A stretch of DNA of 10,150 nucleotides from a virus. The DNA is taken from UHGV virus genome UHGV-0195723. One strand, 5' to 3'. The notes below the pieces were generated by a model. It saw only the letters and a list, made by a program, of their open reading frames with translations. It was not told the DNA's origin and searched no databases. The stretch's first letter is position 1; every line of letters begins with the position of its first letter. A program made the translations under genes and the position numbers. This document shows, piece after piece, positions 1 through 5,782 of this stretch.

Positions 1-1116
1 ATTGTACGTGACCGGATCGTTAAACGTTATCATGCTAAATCCAGACAACCGTTTGATTTATTGTCAGAAATAGGGCGAGACAGCGTTGGTGCCGTGACGT
101 TAGTCCCCGAAGATGAAACCGTAACGTGTCCGATAATGGCATGGGAAAAGCTTACTGAAGCCAGACTTGAAGAAGTATTAACGGCTTATAAAGCAGATAT
201 CCCGTTAGGCATGATTAGAGAAGAAAATGACTTTCGCATCTCGGTTGCTGGCGCACAGGAGAAGACTGCGCTGCTCAGAATAGGCAATGACTGGTGCATT
301 CCGAAGGGAATAACGCCAACGACGCACATTATCAAATTGCCGATTGGCGAAATCAGACAGCCCAATGCGACGCTCGATCTTAGCCAAAGCGTTGATAATG
401 AGTATTACTGTTTGCTGCTGGCGAAAGAACTCGGGTTGAATGTTCCGGACGCAGAAATCATTAAAGCGGGAAGGGTGCGCGCGTTAGCGGTCGAACGTTT
501 TGACAGGCGTTGGAATACTGAGCGAACGGTTTTACTTCGCTTGCCACAGGAGGATATGTGCCAGACATTCGGTTTACCTTCATCGGTGAAATATGAATCA
601 GATGGAGGCCCCGGTATCGCGCAAATTATGGCTTTTTTGATGGGGTCCAGCGAGGCGCTGAAAGATCGCTATGATTTTATGAAGTTTCAGGTCTTCCAGT
701 GGTTGATTGGCGCAACGGATGGCCATGCAAAAAACTTCTCCGTATTTATTCAGGCTGGCGGCAGTTATCGGCTCACACCATTTTACGACATCATTTCGGC
801 ATTTCCGGTCCTTGGCGGTACGGGAATACACATCAGCGATCTCAAACTGGCAATGGGGCTTAACGCATCCAAAGGCAAAAAAACGGCAATCGATAAAATT
901 TATCCGCGACATTTTCTGGCGACAGCAAAGGTGCTGAAATTCCCGGAAGTGCAGATGCATGAAATCCTGAGTGACTTTGCCAGAATGATTCCGGCAGCAC
1001 TGGATAACGTGAAGACTTCATTACCGACAGATTTTCCGGAGAACGTGGTGACGGCAGTTGAAACCAATGTGTTGAGGTTGCACGATCGGTTAAGCCGAGA
1101 ATACGGTATTAAGTAA
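1..1116 (+). CDS. hipA: Serine/threonine kinase toxin HipA, C-terminal ~370 codons (5' end lies beyond the window start)
   Basis: Frame 1 is open from base 1 (IVRDRIVKRYHAKSRQPFDLLSEIGRDSVGAV...) to TAA at 1114-1116. The translation matches E. coli HipA nearly residue for residue from memory. The ORF-track start at 61 is an internal TTG, not the true start. Confidence 0.9.
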   Translation: MVRDRIVKRYHAKSRQPFDLLSEIGRDSVGAVTLVPEDETVTCPIMAWEKLTEARLEEVLTAYKADIPLGMIREENDFRISVAGAQEKTALLRIGNDWCIPKGITPTTHIIKLPIGEIRQPNATLDLSQSVDNEYYCLLLAKELGLNVPDAEIIKAGRVRALAVERFDRRWNTERTVLLRLPQEDMCQTFGLPSSVKYESDGGPGIAQIMAFLMGSSEALKDRYDFMKFQVFQWLIGATDGHAKNFSVFIQAGGSYRLTPFYDIISAFPVLGGTGIHISDLKLAMGLNASKGKKTAIDKIYPRHFLATAKVLKFPEVQMHEILSDFARMIPAALDNVKTSLPTDFPENVVTAVETNVLRLHDRLSREYGIK

Positions 1117-1194
1117 GATATGGGGTTTTGGTCGTTGTTAATGAGCAGAACAATCATGAACCGCCAACGACTGGATTCGCCCTTGGTTTATATT

Positions 1195-1226
1195 GGTGCG
1201 CATAATGTCTACGCGTTATGTTGAAA
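1195..1226. other. dif-like hybrid recombination site (prophage attL): GGTGCGCATAA-TGTCTACGCG-TTATGTTGAAA
   Basis: The 11-nt XerC arm is identical to E. coli dif. It is followed by a 10-nt spacer instead of the 6-nt TGTATA core, then an arm matching the dif XerD arm at 10 of 11 positions. It lies 78 bp past the hipA stop and in direct orientation with the perfect dif at 8507. Confidence 0.7.
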
Positions 1227-1263
1227 AGGCCGCTGCGAAAATCTCTCCCGCGGCGGCCTCTTT
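1227..1263 (-). terminator. Intrinsic terminator for the reverse-strand ORF at 1285..1626
   Basis: GC-rich inverted repeat AGGCCGCTGCG / CGCGGCGGCCT (one mismatch) with an 11-nt loop. Read on the minus strand the stem is followed directly by TTTT (complement of AAAA at 1224-1227). On the plus strand it is followed only by CTTT. Confidence 0.5.
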
Positions 1264-1284
1264 AGCATAACGTCATTGTGCGCA

Positions 1285-1626
1285 TCAGCTTGCGTCTTGC
1301 AGCCGTTTCCTGACCATTTCGAATGCTCGCTGCAACGTTCCTTTATCGGATATGTGCATGATTTCATTTGCCAACATTTTCAAAACATCATCGTTTAATT
1401 CTTTTGCCAGAACTAGGGCGCTCATTCCTAATGTGAATCGTGGTGATATGGGAACAGGCATATTGTCTTCTTCGAAGATGGCGTTTAATTCTTTCTGAAC
1501 AGATTTTTGCATGCTTGAAAAATCCTTTTCAATGAACAGGTTACGACATGTATTTATCAGCATATCTTTACGCTCTACGTTCAGCATGCTGTCAACCATC
1601 GCGTCGATTATTGATGAATCGCTCAT
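1285..1626 (-). CDS. Hypothetical protein, 113 aa, acidic, no transmembrane segment evident; prophage-encoded, function unknown
   Basis: ATG at 1626-1624 is preceded on the minus strand by AAAGGA about 7 nt upstream. A terminator follows the stop. No family recognised by eye. Confidence 0.6.
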   Translation of the reverse strand: MSDSSIIDAMVDSMLNVERKDMLINTCRNLFIEKDFSSMQKSVQKELNAIFEEDNMPVPISPRFTLGMSALVLAKELNDDVLKMLANEIMHISDKGTLQRAFEMVRKRLQDAS

Positions 1627-1755
1627 TGTTAATCCTTTGTTAATTATTCAGTGACTTTTCGTCTATCCAACTAATTAATACTTCAACCATCAAGCCTGCT
1701 CGATTGTTCACATTTTCGCCGCGAAGCGGTTCGGGGTTCTGTGACACCCGAACTT

Positions 1756-1781
1756 TGGTGCGGTTTCCCGCACTTATTTTT
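1756..1781 (+). terminator. Plus-strand stem-loop with T-run (terminator-like; alternatively a ssDNA origin or packaging hairpin)
   Basis: GTGCGG (1757-1762), loop TTTC, CCGCAC (1767-1772), then TTATTTTTT. It is one of three consecutive hairpins between 1717 and 1781. There is no obvious plus-strand gene upstream for it to terminate. Confidence 0.35.
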
Positions 1782-2082
1782 TGTACAGACCGTTTTTTTC
1801 GTTCTCTTCATAAGCTTTATTCACTCGATCATGCCGCCTTTTTTCTGCTTCTTCGTGCGCTTCGTAGAATCGAGTGTGATTCTCTGCCTCTAATGCTTTT
1901 CTTCTTATGTTGCTTACCACATCTTTAGCAGCATCTTTTGCATAATTATCAATAAGATAATTAACTATATCCGTCCATGCTATAGATGCCCCTGCTTCTT
2001 GGCTTGCATCGATAGCCAATCGTTCCATTTTGATTTTACGCTCGGCAGTAATTGCCATCGTAGTTCGCTTGAATAGTGCCAT
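1774..2082 (-). CDS. Hypothetical protein, 102 aa; candidate DNA-binding regulator (possible ribbon-helix-helix-like N-terminus, charged helical C-terminus)
   Basis: ATG at 2082-2080 with AAAGG about 12 nt upstream on the minus strand. It is divergent from the replication gene across a promoter/palindrome region, positionally like rstR-type repressors of integrative inoviruses. The fold assignment is a guess from the residue pattern only. Confidence 0.5.
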   Translation of the reverse strand: MALFKRTTMAITAERKIKMERLAIDASQEAGASIAWTDIVNYLIDNYAKDAAKDVVSNIRRKALEAENHTRFYEAHEEAEKRRHDRVNKAYEENEKNGLYKK

Positions 2083-2154
2083 CTCATTTCTAACCTTTGG
2101 GTGGAATCAGGATAGGTATCTTATCGTAGTGCATGTGCTTGCGTATCTACATGC

Positions 2155-2184
2155 TTGCATGCACTTGTATCTGTGTGCTATAAA
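2155..2184 (+). promoter_or_regulatory. Candidate sigma70 promoter for the replication gene: -35 TTGCAT (2155-2160), 18-bp spacer, -10 TATAAA (2179-2184)
   Basis: Hexamers read directly from the sequence. Two copies of the palindrome TGCATGCA (2156-2163 and 2202-2209) bracket the -10 element. Not verified experimentally. Confidence 0.4.
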
Positions 2185-2226
2185 TTTTTCATCGGTATAC
2201 GTGCATGCAGGCATAAGGACTTTGTC

Positions 2227-3342
2227 GTGTTCTACGATTGGTTGAGTATTGAACAGGATTTTGGCTACCAATTACCCATCCTTTCAGATGTGGCTTATCA
2301 GCGCATTCATCTTGATAGCGGTGAAGCCAGTGCCTTATCTCAACCAACCTTCCAGCACCGTGGATCTTTCTGTGATGTTGTCTCGATCTCGATCCGTGGT
2401 TCAGTGTTAAAAATGACTGGAAACCCTTCCCGCTGGGGACGTCTTGATAATCTCTTTGGCCTTCCAACTGTAGATACTTGTGTAATGGTATTTAATCAGA
2501 TCCTTACTGAACTGAAATTACCCTTATTTACTAAATGTACAAAATTGATGCCAGGACAATCTAAAGAAAATGAAAAGGCTCATTTAATAACTGATGGTGC
2601 ATTGATTAAAGAACTGCATATAACATCTAATAAATCAGTAGGGAAGGGTAATGAGGATGATTATATTTCTGGCCTTTCTACACAACCCTACAGAAATAGT
2701 GTTCCCCGACTACACTCCAATGGTAAGTCAGTTGACTGGCTTTCCAAAAAAGGTAATGTCAACCTTATATACCCAACAGTATATAACAAAGCTCATGAGC
2801 TTGAGTTGCATAGCCTTGCGAAAATTAAAAATAAATTCTCAGAGGAATCTAAAGAATTTAATTACATAATAGATATTATTAATTACTGCAAGGACAACGG
2901 CATTGTCAGGTTTGAGCAGAAATTAAAGTCTCGTTTTCTTCAAAAACAATCCCTGTGCTATTGGGGACTTTCTGATTATTCTTTGTTAAATAAGTTACAT
3001 TCTGAGTTTCTTGATCTTGATGAAAAGTTATCGGTGAATGCTATGGACTTTGAAACTATTAGTGAACATCTCATTAGTCGTGGTGTCGTTGATACAATTC
3101 GAGCTGCCAATACAACAGCCATGTATGCAATTCAATGGTTTCACGGTCATTCTTTTGATTTAAATAAAAGGCAAGTAAAACAGCATCGAGCAAGATTAAG
3201 AATGATAGGGATTGACATAGCTCAAAAATGTAATGTCTCCAAATTCTCTCCTGTTGTTGTGAAACAAACAAGGGAAATTAAAGTGACTGACTGCGTTATT
3301 CCATCATGGTATTTAAAACCATCACATTTGCGTGTGGCTTAA
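2227..3342 (+). CDS. Rolling-circle replication initiation protein, gene II-like (Phage_CRI family), about 371 aa
   Basis: Synteny as first gene of the Ff-type block. It carries a KASPAK-like block (SIRGSVLKMTGNPSRWG) and a VRFEQKLKSRFL block resembling M13 pII VRFEARIKTRYL. GTG at 2227 has AAGGA 8 nt upstream and gives an N-terminus (FYDWL) aligning with the pII N-terminus (MIDML). The ORF-track start (TTG 2155) lies inside the predicted promoter. Start codon is uncertain. Confidence 0.65.
   Translation: MFYDWLSIEQDFGYQLPILSDVAYQRIHLDSGEASALSQPTFQHRGSFCDVVSISIRGSVLKMTGNPSRWGRLDNLFGLPTVDTCVMVFNQILTELKLPLFTKCTKLMPGQSKENEKAHLITDGALIKELHITSNKSVGKGNEDDYISGLSTQPYRNSVPRLHSNGKSVDWLSKKGNVNLIYPTVYNKAHELELHSLAKIKNKFSEESKEFNYIIDIINYCKDNGIVRFEQKLKSRFLQKQSLCYWGLSDYSLLNKLHSEFLDLDEKLSVNAMDFETISEHLISRGVVDTIRAANTTAMYAIQWFHGHSFDLNKRQVKQHRARLRMIGIDIAQKCNVSKFSPVVVKQTREIKVTDCVIPSWYLKPSHLRVA
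3043..3342 (+). CDS. Possible gene X analogue (in-frame internal start within gene II, C-terminal 99 aa)
   Basis: In-frame ATG at 3043 preceded by GGTGA, by analogy with Ff pX. This is purely positional inference. Confidence 0.25.
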   Translation: MDFETISEHLISRGVVDTIRAANTTAMYAIQWFHGHSFDLNKRQVKQHRARLRMIGIDIAQKCNVSKFSPVVVKQTREIKVTDCVIPSWYLKPSHLRVA

Positions 3343-3358
3343 TTTAAAAGGTGTTTAT

Positions 3359-3652
3359 ATGAGTAGTAATTTAGGAAATCTAGAAACGACAGTTACCGGA
3401 AAAATTAAACGTTTTAACAGTAGTGGTGGTTTCTATTACACAACAGTTGTCTCTCCGGCTGCCGATGCTTACAGCTTTCCTCCTGTAATACGCATCAAAT
3501 CAAAAAAATCCTTAGGCCGTGTTGGCGAGGAAATTGTTGACGTTCCATGCCGTGTAACGGGGTACGAGCGCAGCTTCCCTTACACTGACAAGCAAACTGG
3601 CGAGCAATCTAAAGGTTACAACGTTGATATGCTGCTTGAATTGTTGGAGTGA
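3359..3652 (+). CDS. Putative ssDNA-binding protein (gene V position), 97 aa
   Basis: ATG at 3359 with AAAGGTG 5 nt upstream; stop TGA at 3650-3652. Small, beta-rich-looking, and located between gene II and gene VII. No recognisable similarity to M13 gVp by eye, so the call is by synteny only. Confidence 0.45.
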   Translation: MSSNLGNLETTVTGKIKRFNSSGGFYYTTVVSPAADAYSFPPVIRIKSKKSLGRVGEEIVDVPCRVTGYERSFPYTDKQTGEQSKGYNVDMLLELLE

Positions 3653-3654
3653 TT

Positions 3655-3753
3655 ATGGGATCGACAGATTTCCAATCCCTTTATCAACTAATCTTTAACG
3701 CCGGGCTTGTAATTTGTTTCGGCCTCGGCGTTATAAGTGGTGGTCAAAGATGA
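3655..3753 (+). CDS. gVII: Minor coat protein pVII-like, 32 aa
   Basis: Translation MGSTDFQSLYQLIFNAGLVICFGLGVISGGQR matches M13 pVII (MEQVADFDTIYQAMIQISVVLCFALGIIAGGQR) in length and C-terminal motif. It starts 3 nt after the gene V stop. Confidence 0.7.
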   Translation: MGSTDFQSLYQLIFNAGLVICFGLGVISGGQR

Positions 3754-3848
3754 GTGATTTATCTTATTTCTTTGCTGCTTATTGTATCGGCTGGGTGATT
3801 TCTCACTCCATCCTTGTGTTTAAAAAACTTTCTGAGGTTTCAACATGA
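3750..3848 (+). CDS. gIX: Minor coat protein pIX-like, 32 aa
   Basis: Translation MSDLSYFFAAYCIGWVISHSILVFKKLSEVST has the length and hydrophobic pattern of M13 pIX. Its start overlaps the gene VII stop (ATGA) and its stop overlaps the gene VIII start (ATGA). Confidence 0.6.
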   Translation: MSDLSYFFAAYCIGWVISHSILVFKKLSEVST

Positions 3849-4072
3849 AAAAATCTGTTATTTCTAAAATTGTTGCAGGTTCAACTCTGGTAATTGGTTC
3901 TTCAGCTTTTGCTGCTGAAGGTGATGCTACCTCTCAGGCGAAAGTTGCTTTTGATTCTCTCACCGCACAGGCTACTGAAATGTCCGGCTATGCCTGGTCA
4001 TTGGTTGTATTAGTTGTTGGTGCAACAGTGGGAATCAAACTCTTTAAGAAATTTGTTAACCGCGCATCTTAA
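3845..4072 (+). CDS. gVIII: Major coat protein pVIII precursor, 75 aa
   Basis: Signal peptide ending SAFA, then mature AEGDATSQAKVAFDSLTAQATEMSGYAWSLVVLVVGATVGIKLFKKFVNRAS. Close to Ff/If1-type pVIII (acidic N-terminus, GYAW, GIKLFKKF, basic C-terminus). Confidence 0.93.
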   Translation: MKKSVISKIVAGSTLVIGSSAFAAEGDATSQAKVAFDSLTAQATEMSGYAWSLVVLVVGATVGIKLFKKFVNRAS

Positions 4073-4110
4073 TATTAGCCTTTCTTTTACCTGCCAACAC
4101 CGTAAGTTAA

Positions 4111-4133
4111 TGGGTGGCTTACGCCACCCCTTT
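4111..4133 (+). terminator. Rho-independent terminator after gene VIII
   Basis: Perfect 7-bp stem GGGTGGC / GCCACCC with loop TTAC, followed by CTTTT. Ff phages have a strong terminator at the same position. Confidence 0.7.
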
Positions 4134-4145
4134 TAGGCATTAAAA

Positions 4146-5438
4146 ATGAAAAGATTACTTCCGCCTTTATTATTCGCATCTTTCTTTGCTAATGCTGCAA
4201 CTGATGCCGAATGCATTGCAAAACCAGAATTTGAAGCATCTATGACAAACGTCTGGAAAGATGACCAGACATTAGATCGTTATGCTAACTACGAGGGCTG
4301 TTTGTGGAATGCTACTGGTGTTGTTGTTTGTACTGGTGACGAAAATCAATGTTATGGCACATGGAAGCCTATTGGCGCAGCTATTCCTGAAGGTGGCGGC
4401 TCAGGAGGTAATGAAGGAGGAGGGGGCTCAGGTGGCGGTGATGGTGGTAACACTGGAACAGATCCAAAACCCGGATATACATATGTTAATCCTCTAGATG
4501 GAACTTATCCGCCTGGTTCCGAACAGAATCCGAATAATCCCAATCCAACGCTATATGATGAACAACCATTAAATACATGGGTTTTTCAGGGGAACAGGTT
4601 TGTAAATAAACAAGGGGCATTAACCGTTTATACTGGTTCTGTATCTACAGGCACAGACCCCGTGGTAACTAAAATTCAATATACGCCAGTTTCCTCTAAA
4701 GCTATGTACGATTTATTCTGGAATGGTAAGTTTCGGGATTGTGCTTTCCATTCAGGATTCAACGAAGATCCTTTTGTTTGTGATTATCAAGGCCAGCCAT
4801 CAGAAATTCCTCAACCTCCAGTTAATGGCGGTGGTTCAGGTTCTGGCGGTGGCGGCTCCGGTGGTGGTTCCGGTGGTGGTTCCGGTGGTGGCGATGGTGG
4901 CTCCGGTGGCGGCTCCGATGGTGGAAACACTGGAGGTGGTGACGGTGGAGGTTCTGGCGGAGGCTCAGGGACCGGAGATTTCGATTATGACCGTATGGCT
5001 AAGGCCAACAAGGACGCCATGACGGAAGAATTCGATTCTTCTGCAATTCAGTCTGATATTTCTTCCTCTTTGGATGGAACAGTCCAGAACCTTACAGACT
5101 CTGTAAAAGGCCTATCTGACAGCGTTGGCGGTCTTCTTGGTGCTGGTACTCCTGTATCTCCGGAGTTTTCTGGTGCATCTGCTGATATGCAAAAAATTGG
5201 TTCTGGTGACAGTTCACCATTGCTGGATGCTTTTACTAAAGGAAAGTTATTTCCTTCATTACCATCGGCAAAACAATGTACTCCCTTTGTTTTTGCTGCC
5301 GGAAAGAAATATGAATTCACTATAGAGTGCAAATATATTGACATGTTTAAATCTGTATTTGCATTTATTCTTTATTTCTGGACTTTTGTTACCGTTTACG
5401 ATTCTTTTGCCGGGATACTCAGGAAAGGTAAGGAGTAA
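4146..5438 (+). CDS. gIII: Attachment (adsorption) protein pIII, 430 aa, with N1 and N2 domains, two glycine-rich linkers and a C-terminal membrane anchor
   Basis: N1 segment [40 protein letters not shown] and N2 segment [16 protein letters not shown]...[12 protein letters not shown]...[21 protein letters not shown] are near-identical to M13 g3p. The C-terminal domain (GDFDY...[12 protein letters not shown]...) and hydrophobic anchor are conserved. Confidence 0.95.
   Translation: MKRLLPPLLFASFFANAATDAECIAKPEFEASMTNVWKDDQTLDRYANYEGCLWNATGVVVCTGDENQCYGTWKPIGAAIPEGGGSGGNEGGGGSGGGDGGNTGTDPKPGYTYVNPLDGTYPPGSEQNPNNPNPTLYDEQPLNTWVFQGNRFVNKQGALTVYTGSVSTGTDPVVTKIQYTPVSSKAMYDLFWNGKFRDCAFHSGFNEDPFVCDYQGQPSEIPQPPVNGGGSGSGGGGSGGGSGGGSGGGDGGSGGGSDGGNTGGGDGGGSGGGSGTGDFDYDRMAKANKDAMTEEFDSSAIQSDISSSLDGTVQNLTDSVKGLSDSVGGLLGAGTPVSPEFSGASADMQKIGSGDSSPLLDAFTKGKLFPSLPSAKQCTPFVFAAGKKYEFTIECKYIDMFKSVFAFILYFWTFVTVYDSFAGILRKGKE
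4826..4972 (+). repeat. Tandem GGTGGTGGTTCC-type repeats encoding the second Gly/Ser linker of pIII
   Basis: Two perfect 12-nt units at 4860-4883 flanked by degenerate copies. A shorter first linker lies at about 4391-4450. Confidence 0.7.
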
Positions 5439-5440
5439 TT

Positions 5441-5782
5441 ATGCCAGCGTTTTTAGGATTGCCTTTGCTTGCGCGTTTTATTGGGTGGCTAGCGGGGGCT
5501 TTAATCGGTTATTTTGCAAGGTTTATTACATTAGGCATTGCACGTATTGCACTTGCAATAACACTTTTTCTGGCCTTAATTGTTGGCCTTAACCAATTAC
5601 TGGTCTCTTATTTGTCTGATTTAGTTGCAGCATTGCCAGCAGAAATATCAGATGCAATATCTTATATTATCCCTTCAAATGCACTACCTTGCCTTTATGC
5701 AATCTTTTCATTGAAGGCTGCGATTTTTATATTTGATGTAAAAGACCGCATTATTGGTTATCTTGACTGGAATAAATCATAA
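5441..5782 (+). CDS. gVI: Minor coat protein pVI, 113 aa
   Basis: AGGAG RBS then ATG at 5441. Translation aligns along its whole length with M13 pVI (LSDxxAxLP, IPSNALPC, KAAIFIFDVK, YLDW). Confidence 0.9.
   Translation: MPAFLGLPLLARFIGWLAGALIGYFARFITLGIARIALAITLFLALIVGLNQLLVSYLSDLVAALPAEISDAISYIIPSNALPCLYAIFSLKAAIFIFDVKDRIIGYLDWNKS

Noticed and set aside
61-1116. ORF-track start of hipA at 61
   Set aside because: It is an internal TTG. The frame is open to base 1 and the upstream translation continues to match HipA, so the gene is 5'-truncated by the window.
205-1157. Antisense and alternate-frame ORFs inside hipA (205..387 -, 598..960 -, 707..937 +, 900..1157 -)
   Set aside because: They lie entirely within or overlap the strongly supported hipA frame, have no convincing RBS, and their translations look like typical shadow ORFs.
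1117-1194. Nested inverted repeats after the hipA stop (GTCGTTG...CAACGAC, TTGTT...AACAA) as a hipA terminator
   Set aside because: Long loop and no T-run, so not a convincing intrinsic terminator. The hairpin at 1227-1263 may serve both directions instead.
2155-2226. TTG start at 2155 for the replication gene
   Set aside because: It falls inside the predicted -35/-10 promoter and has no RBS. GTG at 2227 has AAGGA upstream and aligns with the pII N-terminus. Start remains uncertain.
1704-2245. Plus-strand ORFs 1704..1928 and 2030..2245
   Set aside because: They overlap the reverse-strand ORF and the hairpin/promoter region, have cysteine- and leucine-rich low-complexity translations, and have no RBS. 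Judged spurious.
2189-3271. ORFs 2189..2467 -, 2651..2869 +, 3074..3271 - inside gene II
   Set aside because: Shadow ORFs within a supported coding region.
4826-4972. Possible CRISPR-like or other structured repeat array
   Set aside because: The repeats are 12-nt coding units for the Gly/Ser linker of pIII, with no spacer-repeat architecture. No CRISPR array is present in the window.
4282-5592. ORFs 4282..4497 +, 4723..5022 +, 5048..5344 -, 5125..5325 +, 5338..5592 + within or overlapping gene III/VI
   Set aside because: Alternate-frame artefacts. The VVPVVVPVV stretch in 4723..5022 is just the Gly-linker repeat read out of frame.
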